Positions 44,338 through 54,793 of a stretch of DNA of 64,000 nt are shown one piece after another (the first letter of the stretch is position 1; each line of letters begins with the position of its first letter). The stretch lies in the NCBI GenBank assembly GCA_035645515.1, contig DASQML010000030.1, forward strand, positions 67,001-131,000, read 5' to 3'. This DNA comes from Microvirga sp. GTDB lineage: Bacteria > Pseudomonadota > Alphaproteobacteria > Rhizobiales > Beijerinckiaceae. A model generated the notes under the pieces. That model had not been told where the DNA came from. It searched no databases and worked only from the letters and a program-made list of their open reading frames with translations. The translations under genes and the position numbers were made by a program.

Positions 44338-45165
44338 CTAGCGCGGCTGGCTTCCGCCGTCGAGGCTCACTTGCGTCTCGATCGCCCTGTCTCCGGCAAC
44401 AAGGGTGAGGAGCAGGGGAACGGGGCCCGCCGCATCCTTCGGCTTTTCCTCAACGGTCACGGTGAAGCGATTGTCCGCATCCGCCTGCGATGTCGTGACG
44501 TACCAGTTTTCCGGCGCCTCCGCGAAGAGGACGGGCTTCGTGCCAGCCGGGGCGCGGACGGTAATGGAAAGCGCGGGCTTGTTGCCCCCCTGCGCTTGAA
44601 CGGCGACCACCGCAAGATCCCCTTGGGATCCCAAGGGCTGCGTCTGCGGCACCAGAGCCATGGCCTGCTCGATGGCGGCTCGGTCAGGGCCATCCTGGGA
44701 AAGGGAAAGGCTCAGATCCGCATGAGCCGGAATGCAGATGTCCTTGCAGATGCCGTAATCGATGGTCAGCGCGAGCTTGACCGGGTTGCCGGCTGCGGCT
44801 GGCTTCACCATGAGCGGCAGGACGACCTTCGAGCTATACACATAGGCCACGCCCGCCGCATCCTCGTGGCGCTGGGGAGCGGGCCAGCGAACCTCGACAT
44901 GCTCCACGTTCTCGGATCGCGACCAGTCGAAGCTCGGCGGCAGGCCGGATTCGCCGGGGTTGCGCCAATAGGTCTTGAAGCCCTGGTCGAGGGCGATCTC
45001 GATGCCTGCGAGCCAGGTCTCGCCTTGTTTCCCGCCGGACAGGAGGCGCACCTTCGAATGGAAGCCCTGCGCCGCAGGGGAGGCGGGAAGGGGCTGGGCC
45101 ATGCCTGGAAACAAGGACAGGATCAGAAAAATGGCCGATGCGGCGATGCGGAATGTGGTTGTCAT
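44338..45165 (-). CDS. periplasmic DsbD N-terminal-domain (DsbC/DsbD_N) family protein
   Basis: Signal peptide MTTTFRIAASAIFLILSLFPGMA. GFKTYWRNPGESGLPPSFDWS and DYGICKDICIP are typical of this family. Confidence 0.7.
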   Translation of the reverse strand: MTTTFRIAASAIFLILSLFPGMAQPLPASPAAQGFHSKVRLLSGGKQGETWLAGIEIALDQGFKTYWRNPGESGLPPSFDWSRSENVEHVEVRWPAPQRHEDAAGVAYVYSSKVVLPLMVKPAAAGNPVKLALTIDYGICKDICIPAHADLSLSLSQDGPDRAAIEQAMALVPQTQPLGSQGDLAVVAVQAQGGNKPALSITVRAPAGTKPVLFAEAPENWYVTTSQADADNRFTVTVEEKPKDAAGPVPLLLTLVAGDRAIETQVSLDGGSQPR

Positions 45166-45271
45166 GGAACTGACGCCTCCCTGAGGCGCTTCCTTTATGC
45201 GTTTTTTCTTCGGGTCTGCCATCCACGATCCCGTGATCGGGTTGTCGGCCCAGCAAGGCAGATTGCGAGAC

Positions 45272-45883
45272 ATGAGCTTTCAGCAAATTCCCTATGGCGC
45301 CGGTTCCCCGTATCTCGACGGGCAGTTGCTCGTGGCGATGCCCGGCATCAGCGACGAGCGCTTCGCCCGTGCCGTGATTTATATCTGCGCCCATTCGCCG
45401 GAAGGGGCGATGGGTATCGTTCTCAACCGGCTTGCCGCAAACGTGACCATGCCGGACCTTCTGATCCAGCTCGAAATCGTGCCCGAGCTTGAACGCATTC
45501 ATCTGCCGGAGCAGGTGGGGCGCATGCAGGTTCTGCTCGGAGGACCCGTGGAGACGAGCCGGGGCTTCGTGCTCCACTCGCCGGATTACCACATTGCCCA
45601 GTCCACCCTTCCGATCGACGACAGCGTCTGCCTGACGGCCACCATCGACATCCTGCGTGCCATCGCCCAGGGGCACGGCCCGCGCAATGCGGTGCTGGCC
45701 CTCGGCTATGTGGGCTGGGGCGCCGGACAGCTCGAACTCGAACTGCAGGCCAACGGCTGGCTGAACTGCCCTGCCGATGCGGAGCTGATCTTCAGCACGC
45801 CGGCCGATATCCGCTACGAGATGGCCCTGCGCCGCATCGGCATCGAGCCTGCCATGCTGTCCATGGAAGCAGGCCACGCCTGA
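45272..45883 (+). CDS. YqgE/AlgH-family (UPF0301) protein
   Basis: [39 protein letters not shown] and [11 protein letters not shown]. Confidence 0.85.
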   Translation: MSFQQIPYGAGSPYLDGQLLVAMPGISDERFARAVIYICAHSPEGAMGIVLNRLAANVTMPDLLIQLEIVPELERIHLPEQVGRMQVLLGGPVETSRGFVLHSPDYHIAQSTLPIDDSVCLTATIDILRAIAQGHGPRNAVLALGYVGWGAGQLELELQANGWLNCPADAELIFSTPADIRYEMALRRIGIEPAMLSMEAGHA

Positions 45884-45888
45884 AGGCC

Positions 45889-48798
45889 TTATGCAGCTTC
45901 GGTTGTTGTCGCGCCCAGGAGCTGACGCGCCTGCAGCACCGACATCGGCTCGCCGAAGACGGGGCCTTGCGCGTATTCGCAGCCGAGCTGGTAGAGTTCG
46001 ATGGCTTCCGACTCGCTCTCCGCGCCTTCCGCGACTATCTCCATGCCGAGCTCGTGCGCCATCTTGATGATGGAGCGCAGGATGACGGGGTTGCCCGACG
46101 CCATCTGGCGCACGAAGGACTCGTCCACCTTGATGGTGTCGAACGGGAAGCGCAGCAGATAGGAGAGGGCGGAATAGCCGGTGCCGAAATCGTCGAGCGA
46201 CAGACCGGCGCCGAGATCGCGCAGGCGCGCCAGCATCTGCGCCGAATATTCCGGGTTCTCCATCACGAGGCTTTCCGTCATCTCGATCTTGAGGGAGCCG
46301 GGAAGAACGCGGGTGCGTGCGATGACGGTCTTCACTTCCTGGAGCAGGTCGTGGCGCAGGAGGTGGTGGCTCGACATGTTCACGCTGGCGAAGATCGGCG
46401 GCTCGACTTCGAGCGCGCCTTGCCATATGGCGAGTTCCCGCGCCGTCTGTTCCAGCAGGAACACGCTGAGCTTGACGATGAGGCCCGTCTCTTCCGCAAT
46501 CGACATGAAGTCCTCGGGCGTGATGGGCCCAAGGCGCGGGTGATCCCAGCGCAGCATGGATTCGAAGCCGGCGATGGTTCGGTCCTCGAGCCGTACGATG
46601 GGCTTGAACAGAACTCTCATCTCGTTGCGGTCAATCGCATGGCGAAGATCGCTTTCCATGGTGAAGTGATCGCTGCGGTCCGAGCGCATGGTGGGGCGGA
46701 AGACCTCGATGCGGTCGCCCCCGTGACGACGGGCATGAGCCATGGCGATTTCGGCATTGCGCAGCACTTCCTCGCGTCGCGCGGCGATCTGCGGATCGTG
46801 CAGCGCGATGCCGATGGATGCGGTGAGGAAGATCTCGCGGTCGGCATAAGTGACCGGCGTCGTGACGATGCGCCGGACCATGTCGGCGAAAGCGATGATG
46901 CGGTCGGGCTCACGCTCGGAAAGAAGAATGATCGCGAACTCGTCGCCTGAGATGCGCGCCAGCGTATCCTGCGGTTTCAGTAGGCGGCTGAGGCGGCGCG
47001 ACAGCGTGAGCAGGATCGAGTCGCCCGCCGTGTAGCCCGAGAGGTCGTTCGCATCCTTGAACTTGTCGATGTCGATCACGAGCACCGTCGGACGTAAAGA
47101 GTCGTCCTGGCTCGCAAACACGAGGGCGGCCTCTAGGCGGTCATAGAAGAGCTGACGGTTAGGCAGGCTCGTCAGGTTGTCGTGCACCGCGTCGAGGAGA
47201 AGGCGCTCCTCGGCGTTCTTGCTGCTCGTCACATCGCACAGGGTGCCGACAATGCGGATCACCTCCCCGTCGGAGCCGATGACCGGGCGGGCCTTGAGTC
47301 GATACCAGTGATGGGCGCTGGATGAGGATCGCAGGCGGAAATCCTGGACGAGACGGCCGCGACGCTGCTCGATCACCGTGTCGAGCGCGAGACGATAGCG
47401 GTCCTTGTCGAAGGGATGGATCAGGTCGAGCCAAGCCGAGGCAGGACCTTCGAGCGCGCCGCGCTTCAGGCCGAGCTGATGCTCGATCTCGGGGCTTACG
47501 AAGATGTTGTCGGACACCACGTCCCAGTCGAACACGATGTCGCCCGCGCCTGCGAGGGCGAGCGCACGGCGCTCGGTGTCGTTGACGAAACCACGGGTAA
47601 AACCGCCGCCTGCGAAGGCGTGCTGCATCACGGTGAAGCCGATCAGCATCACGATCAGCACGAGGCCGCCGATCAGCGCAGGCGGCACGAGATCGGAGGT
47701 CAGCTGTCCCAGAACCGTGAAGCTCGCCGCCACCGTCCAGGCAATCAGCAGGAGCCAGGTGGGCACGAGCATGATGGCGCGGTCATAGCCATGCGTCGCG
47801 AGATGAATGACAAGCACGAAGCCGATGCCGGCCACCGCCGCAATCGACATGCGGGCCACGCCGGAGGCCATCGATGCGTCGAGGATGGCGAGCAGGAGCA
47901 GTGCGCCAAGGAAAGCCAGCCAGAAGGCCGTCACGTGGCTGTAGCGCACGTGCCAGCGGTTCAGGTTGAGATAGGCGAAGAGAAACACGAGCAGCGTGGC
48001 TGCAAGCACCGCCTCGGCACCGGCGCGGTAGATCTGCTCGGTCACCTCGGAGATGGGGAACACACGCTGGAAGAAGCCGAAATCGATGCTGGCATAAGCC
48101 AGGACCGCCCAGGCGAGTGCCGCAGCCGCCGGGAAGATCAGCGCGCCCTTCACCACGAAGACGATGGTGAGGAACAGGGCGAGGAGGCCCGCAATGCCGA
48201 TGATGATGCCCTTGTAGAGCGTCAGGCCGTTGATGCGCTCCTTGTAGGCTGCGGCATCCCAGAGGTGCAACTGGGGGAGGTTGTCGGTGCGCAGCTCCGC
48301 CACGAAGGTGACGGTGGTGCCGGGATCAAGGGTGATGAGGAACACGTCCGCATCGGGACTGTCGTCCCGCTCGGGCCGAATGCCCTGGCTCGCAGTCACG
48401 GCGGCGATGCGCGAGGTCCCGAGGTCGGGCCAGATCACGCCGGACCCTGTGAGCCGGAAATGCGGCGCCACGAGGAGGCGGTCGATCTGCTCGTCAGTGT
48501 CGTTGGTGAGCGCGAAGACGATCCAGTCCGGACGGGTGCCGGCCTCACGCGCCTTCACGGCAATACGGCGCACGATGCCGTCTCGGCCTGGAGCCGTGGA
48601 GATGCGGATCTCGTCGCCGTCCGACCTGTAGCGCTCGATGGCCGGGGTCAGGTCGATGGCTTTCATCTTCGGGTCGACGCGCACGGACTCCACTGCCCAG
48701 CCGGCTGTCGGCCAAGCGAGCCCTATGAACGCCGCCAGAAGGAAGGCTATGGCGAAAGATACGATCCGCACTGCTTCGGTTCTTTCGTCCGGTCCCAA
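45889..48798 (-). CDS. membrane sensor: 7TMR-DISM periplasmic plus 7TM domains, PAS, degenerate GGDEF (SGDEF), EAL
   Basis: Signal/TM, a ~170-aa periplasmic domain and 7 TM helices, then a PAS-like segment. This is followed by ...ARISGDEFAIIL... and an EAL domain with ESMLRW, EMTES, DDFGTGYS, KVDESF and EGAESE. The start codon is uncertain: a TTG at 48798, or a GTG about 30 nt downstream. Confidence 0.85.
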   Translation of the reverse strand: MGPDERTEAVRIVSFAIAFLLAAFIGLAWPTAGWAVESVRVDPKMKAIDLTPAIERYRSDGDEIRISTAPGRDGIVRRIAVKAREAGTRPDWIVFALTNDTDEQIDRLLVAPHFRLTGSGVIWPDLGTSRIAAVTASQGIRPERDDSPDADVFLITLDPGTTVTFVAELRTDNLPQLHLWDAAAYKERINGLTLYKGIIIGIAGLLALFLTIVFVVKGALIFPAAAALAWAVLAYASIDFGFFQRVFPISEVTEQIYRAGAEAVLAATLLVFLFAYLNLNRWHVRYSHVTAFWLAFLGALLLLAILDASMASGVARMSIAAVAGIGFVLVIHLATHGYDRAIMLVPTWLLLIAWTVAASFTVLGQLTSDLVPPALIGGLVLIVMLIGFTVMQHAFAGGGFTRGFVNDTERRALALAGAGDIVFDWDVVSDNIFVSPEIEHQLGLKRGALEGPASAWLDLIHPFDKDRYRLALDTVIEQRRGRLVQDFRLRSSSSAHHWYRLKARPVIGSDGEVIRIVGTLCDVTSSKNAEERLLLDAVHDNLTSLPNRQLFYDRLEAALVFASQDDSLRPTVLVIDIDKFKDANDLSGYTAGDSILLTLSRRLSRLLKPQDTLARISGDEFAIILLSEREPDRIIAFADMVRRIVTTPVTYADREIFLTASIGIALHDPQIAARREEVLRNAEIAMAHARRHGGDRIEVFRPTMRSDRSDHFTMESDLRHAIDRNEMRVLFKPIVRLEDRTIAGFESMLRWDHPRLGPITPEDFMSIAEETGLIVKLSVFLLEQTARELAIWQGALEVEPPIFASVNMSSHHLLRHDLLQEVKTVIARTRVLPGSLKIEMTESLVMENPEYSAQMLARLRDLGAGLSLDDFGTGYSALSYLLRFPFDTIKVDESFVRQMASGNPVILRSIIKMAHELGMEIVAEGAESESEAIELYQLGCEYAQGPVFGEPMSVLQARQLLGATTTEAA

Positions 48799-49032
48799 AG
48801 GTGAAAGGCGAATTGGTACCGGTCAAGGAGCTTGAGGGCAAGCCGAAGCCTCGACAGGCTCCCACTTGTCCGCATGACTCAGTTGTTATCGTTAACCACG
48901 CGCATGGAGTCCCTTTGCGGCGGGATTGAGGAGAAAAGGCTCTGACGCAGCGGAAGACAAAGGCTCGATTGGCCCCTCATCCACACCCCTCGTCATCTCC
49001 GGGCTTGGCCTGACCATCCCCGTCATCACTGC

Positions 49033-49187
49033 CCTCATCCTGAGGAGCAGACAAAGTCTGCGCCTCGAAGGAGGATCCAGAGCGCAGTGAACCATCCTTC
49101 GAGACGGCGCTGTGCGCCTCCTCAGGACGAGGGTCGAGCTATGGGAAAAGCGAGGCCCTTCGAGACGCTGCGCTCCTCAGGGTGAGG
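49033..49187. repeat. nested-palindrome element, copy 2, plus an adjacent half copy
   Basis: The full copy spans 49033-49133: CCTCATCCTGAGGAG (49033-49047) ... CCTCGAAGG ... CCTTCGAGACG ... CCTCCTCAGGACGAGGG (49117-49133). The half unit CCCTTCGAGACGCTGCGCTCCTCAGGGTGAGG lies at 49156-49187. Confidence 0.7.
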
Positions 49188-49201
49188 CTGCGGGTGGCTC
49201 C

Positions 49202-49238
49202 CAAGACGTGGATGGCCGGGTCAAGCCCGGCCATGACG
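49202..49238. repeat. short palindromic unit, inverted copy of 29157-29194
   Basis: The reverse complement of CAAGACGTGGATGGCCGGGTCAAGCCCGGCCATGACG matches the 29157 copy apart from a few substitutions. Confidence 0.5.
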
Positions 49239-49283
49239 GAGAGTGGCGGGAGCTCAAAAGCATCTGCTTTTGGATTTGGTGCT

Positions 49284-50567
49284 TTAGCCCCGCAGGCCAG
49301 CCCGGATGGTGTCCAGAGAAGGGAGGCCCTTGATAGGACCGATGGCCGCCACGGTGGGGGTCCCCTGCAGGAGGCGGCGTCCCGCTTCGCGCACGTGCTC
49401 CTGATCGAGGGCATCGACCTTGCGCACGATCTCGTCGCTTCCCACAATCCGCCCCCAGGACAGGAGCTGGCGCGCCATGCGCTCGATCCGTCCGCCGGGG
49501 GTCTCAAGCGCCGTCAGCAGAGCCACCTTCATCTGGGCCTTGGCGCGGACCATCTCGATCTCGCTGATGTCTGTGGTGGCTTGGCGCATGCAGTCGAGCG
49601 TGACCTTCGTGAGTTCGCTCACGTCCGAACCGCCCGTGCCCGCCCCAATGCCGAAGAGGCCGCAATCGGAGAAGGGCCAATGGAAGGAATCGATGGAGTA
49701 CGCAAGGCCCCGGGTTTCGCGCACCTCGTGCCAGAGCCGGGAGGTAAGGCCCCCGCCGAGAATGTGAGCGAAGAGGTGCGTGGCGTAATAGCCCGGATCC
49801 TTGAACGAGAGACCCGGCAGCCCCAGCACGATATTGGCTTGCTCGAGCTTGCGGGGAATGCGCCGCTCGCCGCCCGTGTACTGCCCGGTTTCGGGTGAGC
49901 GAATGGCCGTCGCGGGCATGGAGCCGAAGAGGCGCTCGGCGGCGTCGACTATTTCCGCATGGCTCACGTTGCCGGCGGCGGCGAGCACCATCTTCGCGGG
50001 AATGTATTCGCGGGCGAGAAAGGTGCGGATGGTGTCGGCGTCAAAGCTCCTGATCGTATCGGGCGTACCGAGGATCGGGCGCCCCACCGGCTGGCCCGCG
50101 AAGGCCGTTTCCATGAAGGCGTCGTAGATCAGATCGTCAGGCGTATCCTCGACGGCGGCATGTTCCTGCAGGATCACGCTCTTCTCGCGGGCCAGCTCCG
50201 CTTCGTCGAACACCGAGTTGATGAGGATGTCGCCGAGCACGTCGAGGGCCACGTCCACATTCTCGCCCAGCACCCGCGCCGTATAGCTCGTGTATTCGAC
50301 GCTGGTCGCGGCATTGATGTCGCCGCCCACATTCTCGATGTCTTCCGCGATCTGCCGCGCGGAGCGCCGCGTCGTGCCCTTGAAAGCCATGTGCTCGATG
50401 AGGTGCGACAGGCCGTGCTCGTGCGCCTGCTCGTGACGCGAGCCGGTGCCGACCCACACGCCCAGCGTGGCGGTGGCTATTTCCGGCATGTGCTCGGTCG
50501 CGACCGTCAGGCCGTTCTCCAGCCTCGTGATGTCGACGCGGTTCTCGCGGACGAAATGCTCGTTCAT
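49284..50567 (-). CDS. M16-family zinc peptidase (insulinase/MPP-like)
   Basis: The HxxEH zinc motif in GLSHLIEHMAFKGT. The ATG overlaps the thrC TGA as ATGA. Confidence 0.9.
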   Translation of the reverse strand: MNEHFVRENRVDITRLENGLTVATEHMPEIATATLGVWVGTGSRHEQAHEHGLSHLIEHMAFKGTTRRSARQIAEDIENVGGDINAATSVEYTSYTARVLGENVDVALDVLGDILINSVFDEAELAREKSVILQEHAAVEDTPDDLIYDAFMETAFAGQPVGRPILGTPDTIRSFDADTIRTFLAREYIPAKMVLAAAGNVSHAEIVDAAERLFGSMPATAIRSPETGQYTGGERRIPRKLEQANIVLGLPGLSFKDPGYYATHLFAHILGGGLTSRLWHEVRETRGLAYSIDSFHWPFSDCGLFGIGAGTGGSDVSELTKVTLDCMRQATTDISEIEMVRAKAQMKVALLTALETPGGRIERMARQLLSWGRIVGSDEIVRKVDALDQEHVREAGRRLLQGTPTVAAIGPIKGLPSLDTIRAGLRG

Positions 50568-51979
50568 GCAGCCGCGCCTCTGACGGCCCGCGCACGCTCG
50601 CGGATGAAGCGTTCCACCGCCGGTTGATCATTCGGGAGAACCGTGAAGCTCTCCTTGCGTCCCATAAGATCGGCCATGTGAGGCGGAAGCGCAGGACGCA
50701 CTCCCGTGGCGCGCTCGACCGCATCAGGGAACTTGGCCGGGTGGGCGGTGGACAGAGCCACCACGGGCACGTCAGGCTTCGCTCTCAGCAGCGCACGGCC
50801 CGCGCGGGTACCGACGGCGCTGTGCGGATCGAGCACGTAGCCGGTGCTACGATAGGTCCGCGCCATCTCGTCGGCGACACTCGCTTCGTTCACGGCCTCA
50901 GCCGCGAATTCCTCGCGAATGCGCGCGAGAGGCTCCGCGTCGATCGTGAAGGAGCGCGACTGGTTGAGGCTTGCCATCAGGCGGCGGATCGCTTCGCCGT
51001 CGCGGTCGTGAGCTTCGAACAGCAGGCGCTCGAAATTCGACGAGATCTGGATGTCCATGGAGGGAGAGGTCGTGGGCTCGACGCCTTTGATCTCATACAC
51101 GCCCGACTGGAGCGCGCGCGCCAGGATGTCGTTGGCGTTGGTTCCGATCATCAGGCGGTCGACGGGCAGGCCCATGCGCTTGGCCACGTAAGCGGCGAGA
51201 ATGTCGCCGAAATTGCCGGTGGGCACGGAGAAGGAGACGGGACGGTGCGGTCCGCCCAGGGCCACAGCCGCGGTGAAGTAATACACCGCCTGCGCCGCCA
51301 CCCGGGCCCAGTTGATGGAATTCACGCCCGACAATTGCAGCTCGTCTCGGAAGCCGCGATGATTGAACATGGCCTTCACCATGTTCTGGCAATCGTCGAA
51401 GGTGCCTTCGACGGCGAGCGCATGCACGTTGGGCGAGGCGACCGTCGTCATCTGCCGCCGCTGCACGTCCGACACCCGGCCGTGTGGATAGAGGATGAAG
51501 ATGTCGACCTGATCGAGGCCCTTGAACGCTTCGACCGCGGCGCTGCCGGTATCGCCCGAGGTCGCGCCCACGATGGTCGCGCGGGCGCCACGGCTTTTGA
51601 GCACATGGTCCATCAGACGGCCGAGCAGCTGCATCGCCACGTCCTTGAACGCGAGCGTCGGACCATGGAAAAGCTCGAGCAGGAACAGGTTGTCGTCGAG
51701 CTGCGTCAGGGGGCAGATTGCGGAATGGCGGAACGACGCGTAGGCCTCGTCGATCATGCGACTGAGATCGGCCGCCGGGATGTCGCCGTCCACCAGCGGG
51801 CCGAGCACGGCCTTGGCCACGTCCGCATAGGGTTTCCCGGCGAAGCTTCTGATCGTGTCCGTCGTCAGGCTCGGCCACGTTTCCGGCATGTAGAGGCCGC
51901 CGTCCCTGGCGAGGCCGGTCAGGAGCGCATCGGAAAAGCCAAGCGCGGGAGCCTCCCCGCGGGTCGAGACATGGAGCAC
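50564..51979 (-). CDS. thrC: threonine synthase
   Basis: (M)LHVSTRGEAP..., PLTQLDDNLFLLELFHGPTLAFKD (PLP lysine) and SGDTGSAA. I prefer the GTG at 51979, 6 nt after AGGAGA, over the upstream ATG at 52009. Confidence 0.9.
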   Translation of the reverse strand: MLHVSTRGEAPALGFSDALLTGLARDGGLYMPETWPSLTTDTIRSFAGKPYADVAKAVLGPLVDGDIPAADLSRMIDEAYASFRHSAICPLTQLDDNLFLLELFHGPTLAFKDVAMQLLGRLMDHVLKSRGARATIVGATSGDTGSAAVEAFKGLDQVDIFILYPHGRVSDVQRRQMTTVASPNVHALAVEGTFDDCQNMVKAMFNHRGFRDELQLSGVNSINWARVAAQAVYYFTAAVALGGPHRPVSFSVPTGNFGDILAAYVAKRMGLPVDRLMIGTNANDILARALQSGVYEIKGVEPTTSPSMDIQISSNFERLLFEAHDRDGEAIRRLMASLNQSRSFTIDAEPLARIREEFAAEAVNEASVADEMARTYRSTGYVLDPHSAVGTRAGRALLRAKPDVPVVALSTAHPAKFPDAVERATGVRPALPPHMADLMGRKESFTVLPNDQPAVERFIRERARAVRGAAA

Positions 51980-52052
51980 GGTCGATCTCCTGGAAATTCG
52001 GCGGGACATTAGGGGGCGCGGGAGGTCGCGGCAAGCCGCTTCTCGCGCCGGA

Positions 52053-52799
52053 TCATCCTTTGACGCGCTTCCACGCAAACGCTCCGAAGACGCCGACGAG
52101 GGTGAGGGCGATGCCGTACCAGGTGAGCGCATATTGCAGGTGGTTGTTGGGCAGCGTCAGCTGGGTCTGGCCGCCGCGCGGCCAGCCGCCCGGATTGGGC
52201 GTGGCGTCCGCGTCGATGAGGAAGGGAGCCACGGGCTCCAGCCCTCGGGCTTCCGCGATGGCTCGGGGATCCCGCGCGAACCACGTGTTGTGTGTGGGGT
52301 CGTCGTTTGGGGTGAAGAGGTTGCGCGCTTCCGGCGCGCGCACGAGGCCGGTGACCGTCACCTCGCCGTCGGGCTGTCCCTGCGGGCGTGTGGCCGGGTT
52401 CTTCAGCTCCGTCGGCACGAAGCCGCGGTTGACCATGACGATGGCGCCGGTGCGAAGCCTCAATGGCGTGATGATGTAATAGCCCTGGAGAGGCGCTCCC
52501 TGCCGGGTTCCGGGTGCGAGGCCGTAAACCGGCGTTTCCAGATCATGCAGGAAGGTGCCCGTGATGCGGACCTTGCGGAACTCGTCCTGGTCCGCGCGCC
52601 AAGTGGCCCACTCCGATTCGGGGGCGATGGAGCCGGGCTCGCCATAGGCCCGGGTCTCGATCTGCTGGATCAGGCTTTCTTTCCAGGCCTTGCGCTGCAG
52701 CTGCCAGGTGCCGAGCCCCACGAGGAGCGCAAGGGCGATGATCGTCGCCAGGCCCGGGATGAGAAGAGAGCGGCCCTTGTTCACGCTGGCAGAGATCAC
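52053..52799 (-). CDS. SURF1-family cytochrome oxidase biogenesis protein
   Basis: LALLVGLGTWQLQRKAWKESLI..., a C-terminal TM helix and the NNHLQYALTWY motif. The GTG start overlaps the DUF983 stop as GTGA. Confidence 0.8.
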   Translation of the reverse strand: MISASVNKGRSLLIPGLATIIALALLVGLGTWQLQRKAWKESLIQQIETRAYGEPGSIAPESEWATWRADQDEFRKVRITGTFLHDLETPVYGLAPGTRQGAPLQGYYIITPLRLRTGAIVMVNRGFVPTELKNPATRPQGQPDGEVTVTGLVRAPEARNLFTPNDDPTHNTWFARDPRAIAEARGLEPVAPFLIDADATPNPGGWPRGGQTQLTLPNNHLQYALTWYGIALTLVGVFGAFAWKRVKG

Positions 52800-53167
52800 T
52801 TCTGAATGCGCCCTTCCTCGGCCTTGTGGTGGTACTGAAGCGCCACCAGCATGCCCTTCGACGGCCGCACGAGGGCCAGGCTTAAGATGATGCTCAAGGC
52901 CGACCACATCACCAGGTGGAGCCAGATGGGTGGGGAATAGGCGAACTCGACCCACAGAGCCAGGCCAACCACCACGATGCCGACAATCGACATGACGAAG
53001 AAGGCGGGGCCGTCGCCTGAATCGGCGAAGGCGAGATCGAGACCGCAGACCTCGCATTGCGGGCGCATCGTCAGGAAGCCCTGGAACAGATGCCCTTTCC
53101 CGCAGCGTGGGCACAGCCCCTTGAGACCGGCGACGGCAGGCGAGGGGGCGGCGGGGTCTTGGGCCAC
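52796..53167 (-). CDS. DUF983-family zinc-ribbon membrane protein
   Basis: CPRCGKGHLFQGFLTMRPQCEVCGLD followed by two TM helices. GTG 53167 lies 5 nt after GGAGAA. Confidence 0.75.
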   Translation of the reverse strand: MAQDPAAPSPAVAGLKGLCPRCGKGHLFQGFLTMRPQCEVCGLDLAFADSGDGPAFFVMSIVGIVVVGLALWVEFAYSPPIWLHLVMWSALSIILSLALVRPSKGMLVALQYHHKAEEGRIQK

Positions 53168-53213
53168 GATCGTTCTCCGTGAAAAGCCTCCTCTCAGATG
53201 GGGAGGGAAGGCC

Positions 53214-53249
53214 AAAAAGCGAAGGGCGGCCGATGAGCCGCCCTCCTTC
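53214..53249 (-). terminator. intrinsic terminator after ctaE
   Basis: On the minus strand, GAAGGAGGGCGGC-tcatcg-GCCGCCCTTC is followed by GCTTTTTGG. Confidence 0.55.
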
Positions 53250-53270
53250 GATCTTGCTTGGTGAGCGGCC

Positions 53271-54128
53271 CTAGTGGCCGGCGCCATGGCCGCCGAAGCC
53301 CCAGACGTAGATGGCGGCGAAGAGGAAGAGCCAGACCACGTCCACGAAGTGCCAGTACCAGGCAGCGAACTCGAAGCCGAGGTGCTGCTTGGGCGTGAAG
53401 TCGCCGCGGTAGGCGCGCATCAGGCAAACGGCGAGGAAGATCGTGCCGATGATCACGTGCGCGCCGTGGAAGCCCGTCGCCATGAAGAAGGTGGCGCCGT
53501 AGATGTTGCCTTTGAAGCCGAAGGCGGCGTGGCTGTACTCGTAGGCCTGCACGCAGCTGAACACGAAGCCAAGGATAATCGTGAGCCACAGGCCGGCCTT
53601 CAGGCCCTGGCGGTCGTTGTGCAGCAGCGCGTGGTGCGCCCAGGTGACCGTGGTGCCGGAGGTCAGCAGGATGAGCGTGTTGAGCAGGGGCAGATGCCAG
53701 GGATCGAAGGTCTCGATGCCCTTCGGAGGCCACACGCCGCCGAGCGCCTCGATGCGCGAGTAGAGCTGCGGGTCGCCGGCATAGAGGGCGGCATCGAAAT
53801 AGGCCCAGAACCAGGCGGCGAAGAACATCACCTCGGAGGCGATGAACATGAGCATGCCATAGCGGTGATGCAGCTGGACCACGCGGGTGTGGGAGCCCGT
53901 ATTCGCCTCGTGCACCACGTCGCTCCACCAGGAGATCATGGTGTAGAGCACGCCGATGATGCCAGCGCCGAAGATGTAGGCGCCCAGATGCATGCCGCCG
54001 AAAGCGATGTCCTTCCACCAGGTGACGAACCCGGAGGCCATCAGGAAGGCGCTGACCGCGCCGATCAGCGGCCACGGGCTCGGTTCAAGAATGTGATAGT
54101 CGTGGTTCTTGGCGTGAGCCTCGGCCAT
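53271..54128 (-). CDS. ctaE: cytochrome c oxidase (aa3) subunit III
   Basis: [21 protein letters not shown]...[13 protein letters not shown]...[14 protein letters not shown]. Confidence 0.95.
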   Translation of the reverse strand: MAEAHAKNHDYHILEPSPWPLIGAVSAFLMASGFVTWWKDIAFGGMHLGAYIFGAGIIGVLYTMISWWSDVVHEANTGSHTRVVQLHHRYGMLMFIASEVMFFAAWFWAYFDAALYAGDPQLYSRIEALGGVWPPKGIETFDPWHLPLLNTLILLTSGTTVTWAHHALLHNDRQGLKAGLWLTIILGFVFSCVQAYEYSHAAFGFKGNIYGATFFMATGFHGAHVIIGTIFLAVCLMRAYRGDFTPKQHLGFEFAAWYWHFVDVVWLFLFAAIYVWGFGGHGAGH

Positions 54129-54195
54129 TTTAGTCGTCTCCGTGCCTCGATTGTGACTTCGCTTTAAGACGTTTCTGTCCAGCTTGTCACGTCCC

Positions 54196-54786
54196 TTATT
54201 GAACGGTGGGTTTAGTGGATGATGTCGCTTCCGCCACCGGCTTGCCCGCCTTGGACGGGAAGTAGGTGTAGGAGAGCGTGATGGAAGAGATGTCCTTCAC
54301 GTCGGAATCCTGCACGAGGCGAGGATCGACGTAGAACACGACCGCCGATTCCAGGCTTTCCCCCGGATTCAGGGTCTGCTCCGTGAAGCAGAAGCATTCG
54401 AGCTTCGAGAAATAGGTGCCGGCGAGATCCGGCTGCACGTTGTAGGTCGCGATCCCGGTCGCGGGCTTATCACCGGTGTTGGTGACCTTGTAATAGACCG
54501 TCGTGGTCTCGCCGAGCTTGACCGTGATCTCGGGCTTCTCCGGGGAGAACCGCCAGTTCAGGCCCGGGGCGACATTGGCGTCGAAGCGCACTGAAATGCT
54601 GCGGTCGAGCACTTGCGAGTCGTTGCTGTCGCGTGCAACCGGTGTACCGTCGAAGCCCGTGACCTTGCAGAAGAGGTCGTAGAGCGGCACGGACGCATAG
54701 GCGAGGCCGATCATGCCCACCACTACGCCGAGGCAGGCGTAGGCCGTACGGTGCATCTTGCGCTGGGTCTGGGATGCGTCAGCCAT
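54196..54786 (-). CDS. ctaG: cytochrome c oxidase assembly protein CtaG/Cox11
   Basis: [17 protein letters not shown] and [14 protein letters not shown] are Cox11 copper-binding signatures. Confidence 0.9.
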   Translation of the reverse strand: MADASQTQRKMHRTAYACLGVVVGMIGLAYASVPLYDLFCKVTGFDGTPVARDSNDSQVLDRSISVRFDANVAPGLNWRFSPEKPEITVKLGETTTVYYKVTNTGDKPATGIATYNVQPDLAGTYFSKLECFCFTEQTLNPGESLESAVVFYVDPRLVQDSDVKDISSITLSYTYFPSKAGKPVAEATSSTKPTVQ

Positions 54787-54793
54787 GCTTATC

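Noticed and set aside
51980-52009. The upstream ATG at 52009 as the thrC start (MSRRISRRST...).
   Set aside because: The GTG at 51979 lies 6 nt after AGGAGA and gives the canonical (M)LHVSTRG N-terminus. The ATG has no RBS. This remains uncertain without proteomics.
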